From the IMG/VR virus record IMGVR_UViG_3300045988_152398: a stretch of 57,578 nucleotides of DNA. One strand, 5' to 3'. The notes beneath the pieces are model-generated. The model was not told where the DNA came from and did no database searches. It saw only the letters and a program-made list of their open reading frames with translations. Below, piece after piece: positions 1 to 9,246 of this stretch. How positions within the stretch are numbered: position 1 is the stretch's first letter; each line of letters starts with the position of its first letter. A program made the translations under genes and the position numbers. This DNA comes from a virus.

Positions 1-55
1 AGTAAGCAATTCGTGGTGTCCGAAAATCAATATAGAATTTGAACAACAAAAGGAG
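1..55. repeat. 55-bp terminal direct repeat (left copy); circular-assembly overlap
   Basis: Bases 1-55 are identical to 57524-57578. An ORF reads through the join. Confidence 0.9.
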
Positions 56-65
56 TATTAAAAGT

Positions 66-791
66 ATGAGTAATACAGAAACAAAGGAAAAAGAAACAAA
101 AAAGGAAATTGCAGTAGTTTACGAGGTTGACGGTGCACAAATTAAATTAACACCCACCATTGTACAAAACTACATTGTAGGAAGCGATAACGGCAAAATT
201 ACAATGCCTGAATTTAAATTTTTCACAGAATTATGCAAGGCAAGAAAGCTCAATCCTTTTCTGAAAGAAGCGTATTGTATCAAGTTTGGCAATCAGCCTG
301 CACAAATCGTTGTCGGCAAGGACGCTGTACTTAAAAGAGCAATCCTTAATCCTGCTTATAACGGTATGGAAAGCGGTATTTATGTACAGGTGATTGAAAC
401 AGGGGAAATCATTGAACGCAAAGGCACATTTTATATTAAAGCAGAAGAAAAAGTTGTCGGCGGTTGGGCAAAAGTGTACCGCAAAAATTGGGAACACCCG
501 ACATATTGTAGTGTATCTTTTGATGAAGTTGCACAGCACAAAAAAGACGGTAGCCTTAACGCTAATTGGCAGGGAAAAGGTGCAACAATGGTTGAAAAGG
601 TTGCAAAGGTCAGAGCATTAAGAGAAACCTTTATTGAGGATTTAGGCGGTATGTACGAAGCCGAAGAAATGGGCGTTGATTTATCAAAAGAAAACGCCGT
701 ACAGCCGAAACAGGAAATCATACAACAGGACGAGCCTATAGAAGTTGAAGCAATGCCCGTTGATGATGTTGTAACAATGAATGATATTTAA
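66..791 (+). CDS. recT: RecT/Bet-family single-strand annealing recombinase
   Basis: Motifs KLNPFLKEAYCIKFG and WQGKGATMVEKVAKVRALRE. The ATG at 66 lies 10 nt after AGGAG (51-55), so it is preferred over the track's TTG at 39. Confidence 0.85.
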   Translation: MSNTETKEKETKKEIAVVYEVDGAQIKLTPTIVQNYIVGSDNGKITMPEFKFFTELCKARKLNPFLKEAYCIKFGNQPAQIVVGKDAVLKRAILNPAYNGMESGIYVQVIETGEIIERKGTFYIKAEEKVVGGWAKVYRKNWEHPTYCSVSFDEVAQHKKDGSLNANWQGKGATMVEKVAKVRALRETFIEDLGGMYEAEEMGVDLSKENAVQPKQEIIQQDEPIEVEAMPVDDVVTMNDI

Positions 792-807
792 GAAAGGACT
801 ATTAACT

Positions 808-1053
808 ATGGAAAAAGCAAGTATTGTAATCGAAAAAGGCAGAAAAGGCACACAGGTTGAAATAAACGGTAGCGGTGCAGAAATTATAGAAATGTTATCG
901 TTAGCAATTTATGATATTAGCAAAAATACCAATACTCCGATAAAAGTGTTGATTGATGAATTGTATACGGGAGCATTAGCACATAAAGTTGTGAACGCTG
1001 ATGATGAAGCAACAACATTTAATGATGTTGTCAAGGAATTGTTAGGGGAATGA
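808..1053 (+). CDS. hypothetical protein (81 aa)
   Basis: ORF-track frame. The ATG at 808 follows AAGAAAGGA. The upstream ATG at 781 has no RBS. Confidence 0.5.
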   Translation: MEKASIVIEKGRKGTQVEINGSGAEIIEMLSLAIYDISKNTNTPIKVLIDELYTGALAHKVVNADDEATTFNDVVKELLGE

Positions 1054-1139
1054 ATTACAATATCATATCCACAGGCTCACAGGGTAACGCCGTAGTCTTG
1101 AACGATTGCGGCGTTAGGAAGCATTTGAAAGTGAGGTGA
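1050..1139 (+). pseudogene. 29-codon relic of an MBL-hydrolase 5' end
   Basis: MNYNIISTGSQGNAVVLND parallels MEYEIISTGSQGNAVVVNN of the gene starting at 1147. It then diverges and stops. Confidence 0.6.
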
Positions 1140-1146
1140 TGTAAAA

Positions 1147-1820
1147 ATGGAATATGAAATTATAAGCACAGGTTCGCAAGGTAATGCCGTCGTTGTAAAC
1201 AACAATATTTTAATTGATGTTGGCGTATCATTCAAAGCATTAAAAAATATTTATAAAAAATTGCAACTTGTTTTATTAACTCATATTCATTCCTGACCGA
1301 CCATTTTAACGGTAAAACGATTAAAAGATTAGTGGACGAAAGACCGACTATTAGAATAGGTTGTTGTCAATGGCTTGTTAAACCGCTTATAGAAGCAGGA
1401 ATACCAAGGCAAAACATAGATGTTTATGAAATCGGCAAAATTTACGATTATAAGGCGTTCAAAGTATCACCTATCAAGTTATATCATAATGTGCCAAACA
1501 GCGGTTACAGAGTGTTTGCAAACGGCGAAAAGGCTATATATGCAACGGACACAGGGCATATGCGAGGAATAACAGCAAAGGGCTATGACTTGTATATGCT
1601 CGAAGCAAATTACGACGAGGACGATTTAGAGAAAAGAATAAAAGAAAAGACCGTCGCAGGGCAATATTGCTATGAATTGAATGTTGCAGAAAGGCATTTA
1701 TCCCACACACAAGCGTCGGAATGGTTGCTACAAAATATGGGTCAAAACAGCGAGTATTGCTTTTTACATCAGCACCAAAACAGAGATAAGCCGAAAGAAT
1801 GGGAATATGCAGATACATAA
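1147..1820 (+). pseudogene. MBL-fold metallo-hydrolase interrupted inside the HxHxDH motif
   Basis: The first frame ends ..LLTHIHS at TGA 1294-1296. A second frame resumes with DHFNGKTIKRLVDERPTIR... from 1299 to 1820. Five nt (TGACC, 1294-1298) separate S from DH. Confidence 0.7.
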
Positions 1821-1857
1821 TGCGTCACTTTGTTAGCAAAAGAAAGGATTTTGTTAA

Positions 1858-2130
1858 ATGAATAAAGAAGTAACAATTAAAATACCAAAAGAGGATTTTG
1901 ACAAAGCCGTAGAAAGCGGTGTTGAACAGGCAATGAAAGAGTGTGAACTCACAATAGGAATGACACTTAAAGAAGCGGTTGAAAAGCAGATACCGAAAAA
2001 GCCAATACATTATGACAGCGTTCCGCACGATAGATGTCCGAATTGCCGTAATGCAGTTAAAGCCTTTCGTGACGCACACGAATATCATTATTGCCTTTAT
2101 TGCGGACAGCGTTTGAAATGGGGTGATTGA
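1858..2130 (+). CDS. zinc-ribbon protein
   Basis: CPNC..(17)..CLYCG pairs. RBS AAAGGA upstream. Confidence 0.6.
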   Translation: MNKEVTIKIPKEDFDKAVESGVEQAMKECELTIGMTLKEAVEKQIPKKPIHYDSVPHDRCPNCRNAVKAFRDAHEYHYCLYCGQRLKWGD

Positions 2131-2292
2131 ATGGACTACACAGGAAAAACATTAAAAGGGCTGTATGAAGTTATCAATCTGTTAAAGGATATTAAAAAGC
2201 AGAATGATACTATCATCAAACAGTTAAGAAGCATTAACAACGGTGTTGCAGAAGCAAACGGCTATATTTTGGAGGACGGTGAGGACGATTGA
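2131..2292 (+). CDS. hypothetical small protein (53 aa)
   Basis: Own translation MDYTGKTLKGLYEV...EDGEDD. The start overlaps the upstream stop (TGAATG). Below the ORF-track size cut-off. Confidence 0.45.
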   Translation: MDYTGKTLKGLYEVINLLKDIKKQNDTIIKQLRSINNGVAEANGYILEDGEDD

Positions 2293-2468
2293 AAGCAATA
2301 ATAACATCTATTATTTGCAGAACGATAGCGTACATTTCCGTTTTAGCTTTTGTTTTTGGACTTGTATATTTCAGCGGTGACGCTCGGTTTTTGCTTTTTT
2401 TATTACTTTTGATAACTTGTAAACTTATACCAATCTTTGAAAGTAAAACAGGGGGCGGTAACGATTGA
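2289..2468 (+). CDS. possible small membrane protein (59 aa, TTG start)
   Basis: Own translation is hydrophobic (IAYISVLAFVFGLVYF..FLLFLLLLI). It overlaps the predicted start of the next gene. Confidence 0.3.
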   Translation: MKAIITSIICRTIAYISVLAFVFGLVYFSGDARFLLFLLLLITCKLIPIFESKTGGGND

Positions 2469-3018
2469 ACTAACAGGAAAAATCTACGATATGGCGATTG
2501 ATTTTTCTACGGATAAAGCAATTTTAAGTTTGGTGCTTGAAGATAAAGAAGAAGCGGCAAAATGCTTTGATGAATTGCGAAACGAGGAAAGATTATCAAT
2601 CAAAATATCAAAATACCGAAAAAAGCGGTCGCTTGACGCTAACGCCTATTTTTGGGTGTTATGTGGCAAGTTGGCGGCAAAGTTAAAGCAAAACAAAGAA
2701 GATATTTACAGGCAGTTAATTAAGAATATAGGCAATAATTTTGAGGTTATCCCGCTTAAAAATTGTGCTGTAAATAAATTTATTGAAGCGTGGAACAAAA
2801 ACGGTATCGGTTGGGTGTGTGATGTATTAGGCGAAAGCAAAATAGAGGGATATACAAATGTATGTGCCTACTATGGTTCTTCAACATATGACAGCAAACA
2901 AATGTCAGATTTGATTGACAGCGTTATATTTGAGTGCAAAGAGCAGGGAATACAGACGGCTACACCTGACGAGCTATCTAAAATGTTGAGCTTATGGAAA
3001 GAGGGTGATAATAGATGA
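2437..3018 (+). CDS. ninB: NinB/Orf-family recombination mediator
   Basis: KKRSLDANAYFWVLCGKLA matches the lambda Orf RNRSLDQNRKLWACLGDVS signature. Start is uncertain (TTG at 2437 or ATG at 2491). Confidence 0.65.
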   Translation: MKVKQGAVTIELTGKIYDMAIDFSTDKAILSLVLEDKEEAAKCFDELRNEERLSIKISKYRKKRSLDANAYFWVLCGKLAAKLKQNKEDIYRQLIKNIGNNFEVIPLKNCAVNKFIEAWNKNGIGWVCDVLGESKIEGYTNVCAYYGSSTYDSKQMSDLIDSVIFECKEQGIQTATPDELSKMLSLWKEGDNR

Positions 3019-3302
3019 GTGGTAAAAGTATCTTACAGGGCAATAAAAAAGAGTGCTATATAACGGGCAGGACAGATAACTTGCACCTCCACCATATTTA
3101 TTTTGGTACAGGATTACGCAAAATCTCTGACGACAACGGCTTTGTTGTATGGCTGACAGCGGAATATCACAATATGAGCAACAAAGGCGTGCATTTCAAC
3201 CGTGAACTTGACTTGAAGTTAAAAAGAGATTGTCAAAGGAAATACGAGGAAACACACACAAGAGAAGAATTTAGAAATTTAATAGGGAGGTCATATTTAT
3301 AA
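3015..3302 (+). CDS. small His-rich protein, possible His-Me finger nuclease
   Basis: CYITG..LHLHHI..R..S...G..VWL..EYHN..N.GVH pattern. ATGA overlap with the upstream gene. Confidence 0.35.
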   Translation: MSGKSILQGNKKECYITGRTDNLHLHHIYFGTGLRKISDDNGFVVWLTAEYHNMSNKGVHFNRELDLKLKRDCQRKYEETHTREEFRNLIGRSYL

Positions 3303-3490
3303 TGAGCAAATGGTATGAAAACTGTTTTGCATACAAAAAAGAATGTACAGTTGGGGAAGTAACCGAATGTACAGCTTTAACTGAAATGTTATGCAAGACA
3401 AAAGGTAAGTGCAAATTTTACAAGAGTAAGGAGCAATATTGGAAAGACAGACAAATTTACAATTACATAAATAAGGCGGGTAAAAAATGA
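3302..3490 (+). CDS. Cys-rich small protein
   Basis: 62 aa with 5 Cys. Translationally coupled on both sides. Confidence 0.5.
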   Translation: MSKWYENCFAYKKECTVGEVTECTALTEMLCKTKGKCKFYKSKEQYWKDRQIYNYINKAGKK

Positions 3491-4059
3491 TAAATAAAGC
3501 AATTTTAATGGGCAGATTAACGGCTGACCCTGAATTAAAAACAACAAACACAGGCGTAAGCGTTACAAGTTTCACTATCGCCGTTGACCGTTCATATGTA
3601 AAGCAAGGCGAGGAACGCAAAGCGGATTTTATCAACATTGTATGTTGGAGAAGTACAGCGGAATTTGTGTGCCGATACTTTGGAAAGGGTGCAATGATTG
3701 CCGTTGTGGGTGAAATTCAAACAAGGACATATCAGGCACAAGACGGCTCAAATAGGTATGTAACGGAAGTTGTTGCGGATAGTGTATCTTTCACAGGTGA
3801 AAAGCGAGAGAATAACCAACAGCAAAATTATCAACAAGGATATCAACAGCAAGGTTATAACAATTATCCTGCAAACGGTCAACAGTATCAACAAGCACCA
3901 CAACAACCGCCACAGTATCAACAAGCACCACAGCAAGCACCACAGCCACAGCGACCGCCACAGCCACAGCAAGGCTATACACAACAGGGATATGTTCCTA
4001 ATCCTTCATATCAACAGGGATTTGCGGATATGCCTACAGATGATGATTTACCTTTTTAA
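3487..4059 (+). CDS. ssb: single-stranded DNA-binding protein
   Basis: OB-fold N-terminus (MINKAILMGRLTADPELK..), Q/P-rich linker, acidic tip DDDLPF. Confidence 0.95.
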   Translation: MINKAILMGRLTADPELKTTNTGVSVTSFTIAVDRSYVKQGEERKADFINIVCWRSTAEFVCRYFGKGAMIAVVGEIQTRTYQAQDGSNRYVTEVVADSVSFTGEKRENNQQQNYQQGYQQQGYNNYPANGQQYQQAPQQPPQYQQAPQQAPQPQRPPQPQQGYTQQGYVPNPSYQQGFADMPTDDDLPF

Positions 4060-4080
4060 ACCTAAAAAGGAGGAAATAAT

Positions 4081-4380
4081 ATGCCAAAATTTCAGAGTAT
4101 GGAAAAAATAGTATCGGAAGTGTTGGAAGGTAACTTACAAGCAAGGAAAGACGATTATGTTCTGATGTTATGTGTTTGTGAAAAAATATGCCCTGAAATT
4201 CTCAATTATCCATTTTGGGTAGTAATGAAAAATCACTACACAAATAAGTTGCCTAATTGGGAAACGGTGAGCCGTTGTAGGCGTAAAATCCAAGAAAAAC
4301 GCCCTGATTTAGTATCATCTGAAACGGAAAAAAACCGACGCAAAGAGGAAGAACAATACAGGGAATACGCACATAGTTAG
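4081..4380 (+). CDS. hypothetical protein
   Basis: ORF with AGGAGG RBS. Confidence 0.6.
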   Translation: MPKFQSMEKIVSEVLEGNLQARKDDYVLMLCVCEKICPEILNYPFWVVMKNHYTNKLPNWETVSRCRRKIQEKRPDLVSSETEKNRRKEEEQYREYAHS

Positions 4381-4392
4381 GAGAGATAAACA

Positions 4393-4698
4393 ATGCTTGA
4401 TAGTGAATATAGTGAGCAATTCGACAAAGAACGGAAATATCGTATTGAAATATCATATTACAAATACGGCTCTGCAAGAGATAATTTCGCAAGTGGTAGA
4501 GTGGACGCACTTGCAACGGCTGAAAAGTGTCTTGAAGCGTTTAAAAAAGACCATAATACCGAACACCTTGTTGACGCCGCAAATTACCTGATGTTTAGAT
4601 ATATGTACCCTATGCCGAATGAGCACTTTATGGCAACTGACAGCGACGGAAGCGTTGGAACGGTTGGAACGCCTATCAATATGGAACACGGCGTATAA
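4393..4698 (+). CDS. hypothetical protein, possibly all-alpha NTP-pyrophosphohydrolase related
   Basis: KYGSARDNF...HLVDAANYLMF resembles the KYG...aaNyl pattern of MazG-like phage proteins. The similarity is weak. Confidence 0.3.
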   Translation: MLDSEYSEQFDKERKYRIEISYYKYGSARDNFASGRVDALATAEKCLEAFKKDHNTEHLVDAANYLMFRYMYPMPNEHFMATDSDGSVGTVGTPINMEHGV

Positions 4699-4742
4699 AA
4701 TGTGCCACAATGAAACAAATTCAATTTATTTGTAAAAATATA

Positions 4743-4771
4743 TTGACAATTAGCGGAAATTATTGTAATAT
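4743..4771 (+). promoter_or_regulatory. sigma-A type promoter TTGACA-17-TAATAT
   Basis: TTGACA at 4743-4748, 17-nt spacer, TAATAT at 4766-4771 with TG immediately upstream. Confidence 0.7.
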
Positions 4772-4775
4772 AGTA

Positions 4776-4900
4776 TTAAGGTCATAGTAAGAAGTTACGG
4801 GCTTATTATGGCAGTAAACTTAATACTATGACTTTAAGAAACTTTGGGATATATTCGAGCCGTAACCTCAATATATTTCAAAGTTTTTTTATTTTATTGA
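4776..4900 (+). promoter_or_regulatory. structured 5' leader or small RNA
   Basis: 14-bp stem 4776-4789 / 4824-4837. GTTACGG (4794-4800) can pair locally or with CCGTAAC (4860-4866). U-run at 4884-4890. Confidence 0.45.
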
Positions 4901-4914
4901 AAGGAATAACAAAT

Positions 4915-5286
4915 ATGAAAAAGGTTGAAAGCATTATTGATTTTGGAGGAGGTGAGATAGTTGACCGCATAAATTTTGAAATGGCGAAAGTTATTGAAAA
5001 CATCAACAATCCAAACACGGACGAAAAGCCACGAAAACTAACGATTGAAGTTAAGCTAACGCCAAAAAACAACCGCAAAACTATTGAAATGCAAACAAGT
5101 GTAAAAGCAAAGGTAAGCCCTATTAATTCTGTTAGCACAGCAATGGTTATCCAACAGGACGACACTAAAATGGTTGCTTTTGAAGCTGACGGTTTAGGTG
5201 ACGGACAAGTTGATATTTTTGGTGAGGTACACCAAATCAAATATATCGAACTTGGCAATACAGAAACAATAAAAGTGGAGGAATAA
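4915..5286 (+). CDS. hypothetical protein (123 aa)
   Basis: ATG at 4915 follows GAAAGGA. The track's upstream extension covers the leader. Confidence 0.6.
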   Translation: MKKVESIIDFGGGEIVDRINFEMAKVIENINNPNTDEKPRKLTIEVKLTPKNNRKTIEMQTSVKAKVSPINSVSTAMVIQQDDTKMVAFEADGLGDGQVDIFGEVHQIKYIELGNTETIKVEE

Positions 5287-5289
5287 AAA

Positions 5290-6006
5290 ATGTATGACAG
5301 TATTGTAAAAGATATTCAGAATATCATTGACAACACAGCAAAAACATATGAGATTGACGGGAAAGTATATACAAATAGTCCGCTATCTCTTGTAAGACAC
5401 AAGGACAGAGCAAAAGAAATTGTTTTTAACGATTTAAGTAGCCTTATTCCTATTATGAAGAATGAATGTGAAAAATTCAATTTACCTTTTTATCTTGTTA
5501 TTGAAGATTATAACAAAGTAGAGGTTTATACAGCCCTTGACGGTGACAAGGATAGAGAACACCCATATGGTGTAAAATGCGACATTAACCTATTTCATTT
5601 TGATTTTCCATATAACTATGAAAACTTTGTTATTGCTTTGCGTTCCTTGTTTGTACAGAACGAAAATAGCGAAAATCTATTGAAATTTTTGAAAACAGTT
5701 ACAAGTAACAATTCTGTTGAAGTTGAGGACGACGGCATTACTCAAAAAGTAACATCAAGTAAGGGAATTTTGGGCGGTAAAGCAACCGTTTCACCAATTC
5801 AAAGACTAACACCATTCCGCACATTTACAGAGATTGAACAGCCTACAAGTGAATTTCTATTTAGAATTATGAATAATGGTTCTTTTGCACTTTATGAAGC
5901 AGACGGCGGGGCTTGGAAAAAACAAGCTAAAGCAAATATTAAAGAGTATTACTCAAAAGCATTTGCAACTGAAATTAAAAAGGGAACAATTATTATTGTT
6001 GGCTAA
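5290..6006 (+). CDS. hypothetical protein (238 aa)
   Basis: Tightly coupled to the upstream gene. No family recognised. Confidence 0.6.
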   Translation: MYDSIVKDIQNIIDNTAKTYEIDGKVYTNSPLSLVRHKDRAKEIVFNDLSSLIPIMKNECEKFNLPFYLVIEDYNKVEVYTALDGDKDREHPYGVKCDINLFHFDFPYNYENFVIALRSLFVQNENSENLLKFLKTVTSNNSVEVEDDGITQKVTSSKGILGGKATVSPIQRLTPFRTFTEIEQPTSEFLFRIMNNGSFALYEADGGAWKKQAKANIKEYYSKAFATEIKKGTIIIVG

Positions 6007-6016
6007 TTAATATCAC

Positions 6017-6047
6017 GGGGTACTTGATTCAAAAGATTGAGTACCCC
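6017..6047 (+). other. 12-13 bp hairpin upstream of the replication genes
   Basis: GGGGTACTTGATT..AAAA..GATTGAGTACCCC. No U-tract follows. Confidence 0.4.
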
Positions 6048-6069
6048 ACCGCTAAATGAGGTGTAAACA

Positions 6070-6774
6070 ATGGCAGAAAACGAAAGAGATTTTAAAGGCG
6101 TATGGATACCTAAAGTAGTATGGCTTGATACAAGATTAAACGCTCTTGATAAAGTTATATTAACTGAAATTGATAGTTTAGATTGTGGCGAAAAAGGTTG
6201 TTACGCAAGCAACAAATATATAGCGGATTTTTGCCAATGTAGCGAAACAAAAGTATCAAAATCAATCTCACTATTAATTAAATTAGGATATTTATATGTT
6301 CAAAGTTTTGACGGACGACAACGAGAGTTGAAAAGCAGACTTGCAAATTTAACAAGTCAGCCTTGCAAAAAAGACAAGGCAGAATTGCAGAATATGCAAG
6401 AAAGTAATACATCTAATAATACAACTAATAATAAAAAGAAAGTAAGTAAGAAGAATACCTTTGATGAAATCATTTTGAATTACTCAAAAGATGAAGAAAC
6501 AATAGATTTGTTAAAGGAATGGTTAAAAGTCAGAAAAGCAAAAAGGGCGGCAATGACTGACAGAGCTATTAAGATGAATATTGATAAACTTGATATCCTT
6601 GCAAAGCAAAGTAATATGTCAGTAAATCAGTATTTATCGGAGGTAATTTGCAGAGGTTGGGCGGCTTTTTATGCTATCAATACATACAGCAATACAGGAT
6701 ATAACAAACAGTCAAAAAATGACGGTTGGTGCTTTAACCCTGATATGGAAGATGATTTAGCTTTTATCAAGTAA
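6070..6774 (+). CDS. replication initiator / replisome organizer (wHTH N-terminus, DnaD-like C-terminus)
   Basis: FKGVWIPKVVWLD..LNALDKVILTEIDSLD...CYASNKYIADF is typical of Firmicute phage replication proteins. It precedes the loader gene. Confidence 0.65.
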   Translation: MAENERDFKGVWIPKVVWLDTRLNALDKVILTEIDSLDCGEKGCYASNKYIADFCQCSETKVSKSISLLIKLGYLYVQSFDGRQRELKSRLANLTSQPCKKDKAELQNMQESNTSNNTTNNKKKVSKKNTFDEIILNYSKDEETIDLLKEWLKVRKAKRAAMTDRAIKMNIDKLDILAKQSNMSVNQYLSEVICRGWAAFYAINTYSNTGYNKQSKNDGWCFNPDMEDDLAFIK

Positions 6775-6793
6775 AGTAAGGAATGATGAATAA

Positions 6794-7633
6794 ATGAGTG
6801 TGCAAAACGCTGTTGAAAGTTTGATAGAGAGAAGTAAAACGGCTATCCCTACCAACGATTGCGATTATATAGGCGAGGACGGATTACTATATTGCGGTAA
6901 ATGTCACACCAAAAAGCAAACAGAAGTAATGTTATTTGGCACTATACGCCGTCCTATGTGCCTTTGTAAATGCGAAGCTGAAAAGAGAGATAAAGAGGAA
7001 GCCGAAAGAAAACAGGCTGACTTTGGCAGAAAAATAAAAGATTTAAGGCGTACAGGATTTCCTGAAAGTAATATGCAGGAATGGACTTTTGAAAACGACG
7101 ATATGACGAATAGCCGAGTAACAAACGCTATGAAAAAATATGTTGAAAACTTTGACGAAATGAAAAAGCAGGGCAAAGGCTTATTGCTTTATGGTAGTTG
7201 TGGAACAGGCAAAACATACGCCGCTTGTGAAGTTGCTAATGCTTTGATTGATAAAGGTTATCCCGTATTAGTAACAAACTTTGCAAGGATAATAAACGCT
7301 TTGCAAGCGACTTTTGAAAAGCAAGAATACATAGATAGTTTTAACCGTTTTTCTTTGCTTGTGATTGACGATTTAGGGATTGAAAGAAACACAGAGTTTG
7401 CAAAAGAACAGGTTTTCAATATCATAGACAGCCGCTACCGTGCAGGATTGCCAATGATTATTACTACCAATCTATCAATAGATAAGATTAAAAAACCTGA
7501 TGATATAGAGAACGGGCGAATTTACGACCGTATTCTTGAAAGGTGTTTCCCTATTGAAGTTTCAGGGCAGAGCCGCCGCAGAAAAGCTATAAGGGAAAGC
7601 TATGACGATATGAAAAATTTACTTGAATTGTAA
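6794..7633 (+). CDS. DnaC/IstB-like AAA+ helicase loader
   Basis: Walker A GSCGTGKTY, Walker B LLVIDDLG, Cys-rich N-terminus. Confidence 0.85.
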   Translation: MSVQNAVESLIERSKTAIPTNDCDYIGEDGLLYCGKCHTKKQTEVMLFGTIRRPMCLCKCEAEKRDKEEAERKQADFGRKIKDLRRTGFPESNMQEWTFENDDMTNSRVTNAMKKYVENFDEMKKQGKGLLLYGSCGTGKTYAACEVANALIDKGYPVLVTNFARIINALQATFEKQEYIDSFNRFSLLVIDDLGIERNTEFAKEQVFNIIDSRYRAGLPMIITTNLSIDKIKKPDDIENGRIYDRILERCFPIEVSGQSRRRKAIRESYDDMKNLLEL

Positions 7634-7647
7634 AGGAGGTGCAAATA

Positions 7648-7797
7648 ATGAACGATTTTGAAAAAGATGTTGATTTAATTTTCAGGTCAAAGCTGAATAC
7701 AGGATTATACGACCATTATAACGACGAGCAGTTGAAGCAGTTGTATTTGGATTGCGTTAGACAGGTCAAGGCAATGTATGCGACTTTTGGAGCGTGA
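7648..7797 (+). CDS. hypothetical small protein (49 aa)
   Basis: Own translation MNDFEKDVDLIF.... AGGAGG RBS at 7634-7639. Confidence 0.5.
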   Translation: MNDFEKDVDLIFRSKLNTGLYDHYNDEQLKQLYLDCVRQVKAMYATFGA

Positions 7798-7801
7798 AAA
7801 A

Positions 7802-7993
7802 ATGGAATTAGCAGAGGTAAAGAAAAATCTTAACAACGAAGTATTATACAACAACGCAAAGTACAAATTGTTAGGTTGTATAATCCGCAAAAATGAAAAA
7901 GGATTTTTTTATCAAGCTGAATTGCAAGATTTAAAATGTAGGTCATTGTTAATCTGTAAATTAACCGATATTGAAGCGATAAAGAACAATTAA
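7802..7993 (+). CDS. hypothetical small protein
   Basis: In-frame ATG of track ORF 7778..7993. Confidence 0.45.
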   Translation: MELAEVKKNLNNEVLYNNAKYKLLGCIIRKNEKGFFYQAELQDLKCRSLLICKLTDIEAIKNN

Positions 7994-8006
7994 GGGTGAT
8001 AATGCA

Positions 8007-8408
8007 ATGGAAAATTATTTCGTGATAAATCACAAGCTATGTTCGCTCAATGAATACATAAATGTTTGCCGCAGAAACAAATATCAGGCGGCAAAATTCA
8101 AGCGTGATGTTGAGGAAGCTATTGGTTGGGCTATCAGGCAGGCAAGAGCAAAAGGAACGCTACACCCTACAGACAAGCCGTGTATTATATGGATTGATTT
8201 TGTTGAAAAATCAAGGCGGCGTGATGTAGATAATATTCAGAGTAGCACAAAGTTTATTTTGGATAGTCTTGTGAAGAACGAGGTACTAAAAAACGACAGT
8301 CAAAAATACATAAAACAAATCTTTCATACTGTTACTCACGGTGACAAGGATTGCGTAACAGTCAAGATAAAACCATATAACGAAAAGGAGGTTATTACTT
8401 ATGAGTAA
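8007..8408 (+). CDS. rusA: RusA-family Holliday-junction resolvase
   Basis: [30 protein letters not shown] matches the RusA D-x-D-N...K...D core. Confidence 0.75.
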   Translation: MENYFVINHKLCSLNEYINVCRRNKYQAAKFKRDVEEAIGWAIRQARAKGTLHPTDKPCIIWIDFVEKSRRRDVDNIQSSTKFILDSLVKNEVLKNDSQKYIKQIFHTVTHGDKDCVTVKIKPYNEKEVITYE

Positions 8409-8841
8409 TATTATTAAAATCAAGTATCACGACGAGGATTTAATCAAATTGTGTAATATCGGAGGTGCAAAGTCAGATTGGATTGATTTACGAGCCGCCG
8501 AAGATGTAGAGCTTAAATGTGGCGAATATAAACTAATTTCGCTTGGTGTATCAATGCAGTTGCCAAAGGGATATGAAGCACACATTGCACCCCGTTCAAG
8601 CACCTTTAAGAATTTTGGTATCATTTGTGCAAATTCATTTGGAATTATTGATGAAAGCTATTGCGGTGATAATGATATTTGGCGTTTTCCTGCTATTGCA
8701 TTGAGAGATACGATTATCAAGAAGAATGACCGTATTTGTCAATTCAGGATATTCAAGAAAATGCAAGATGTTGTCTTTGATAATGTTGCAACTCTTGGCA
8801 ACAAAGACAGGGGCGGTATAGGCAGTACAGGCATTAAATGA
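8401..8841 (+). CDS. dut: dUTPase
   Basis: Motifs [26 protein letters not shown]. Confidence 0.9.
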   Translation: MSNIIKIKYHDEDLIKLCNIGGAKSDWIDLRAAEDVELKCGEYKLISLGVSMQLPKGYEAHIAPRSSTFKNFGIICANSFGIIDESYCGDNDIWRFPAIALRDTIIKKNDRICQFRIFKKMQDVVFDNVATLGNKDRGGIGSTGIK

Positions 8842-8912
8842 GCAAAAATATATACAAAAATTTAACTGAAAGTTTGTACAATTTGCGAATAGATTATCTA
8901 ACATTATTGTAG

Positions 8913-8948
8913 TATAATATAGACACAATAAAGAAAGAGGTAATCAAA
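8913..8948 (+). promoter_or_regulatory. repeated promoter-leader cassette, copy a (short form)
   Basis: TTGTAGTATAATATAGACACAATAAAGAAAGAGGTAA directly before the ATG at 8949. Confidence 0.6.
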
Positions 8949-9149
8949 ATGAAAAAAACATACGACATATATACAAGTGCAGGCAAAGAAGCGTTAAAAA
9001 AGACATTTGAAATGTACTCAAATAATGACACAGATATTATTATGCAGGCAACAAAAATGTTGATGAATGTAAAAAGCAAGTACAATGATGTGAATGTTGA
9101 GATAATCGCAAAACAGGGCGACAGACAGATATTACACCTCACAGCATAA
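8949..9149 (+). CDS. hypothetical small protein
   Basis: ORF-track entry with its own promoter cassette. Confidence 0.6.
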   Translation: MKKTYDIYTSAGKEALKKTFEMYSNNDTDIIMQATKMLMNVKSKYNDVNVEIIAKQGDRQILHLTA

Positions 9150-9152
9150 AAA

Positions 9153-9169
9153 GGGCGGTTAAACCGCCC
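9153..9169. terminator. GC hairpin (terminator-like)
   Basis: GGGCGGTT-A-AACCGCCC with an A-run upstream. Confidence 0.4.
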
Positions 9170-9246
9170 ACCGTATAACACTAACAAGCGTGTTACTGAC
9201 GAGCCGCAGAACGGCGAAACGGTTAAAAAGAAAGAGGTAACAAGAT

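Noticed and set aside
1-55. The terminal 55-bp direct repeat as a biological terminal redundancy or cos-type end.
   Set aside because: The exact 55-bp length and an ORF reading smoothly through the join fit an assembler overlap. The PBSX-type terminase also predicts headful packaging rather than short exact repeats.
3748-4111. Overlapping ORFs (3770..4111 plus, 3748..3984 minus, 3791..3982 minus) in the Q/P-rich region.
   Set aside because: They are by-products of the CAA/CAG/CCA repeat that encodes the SSB linker. The SSB frame ends in the canonical DDDLPF tip.
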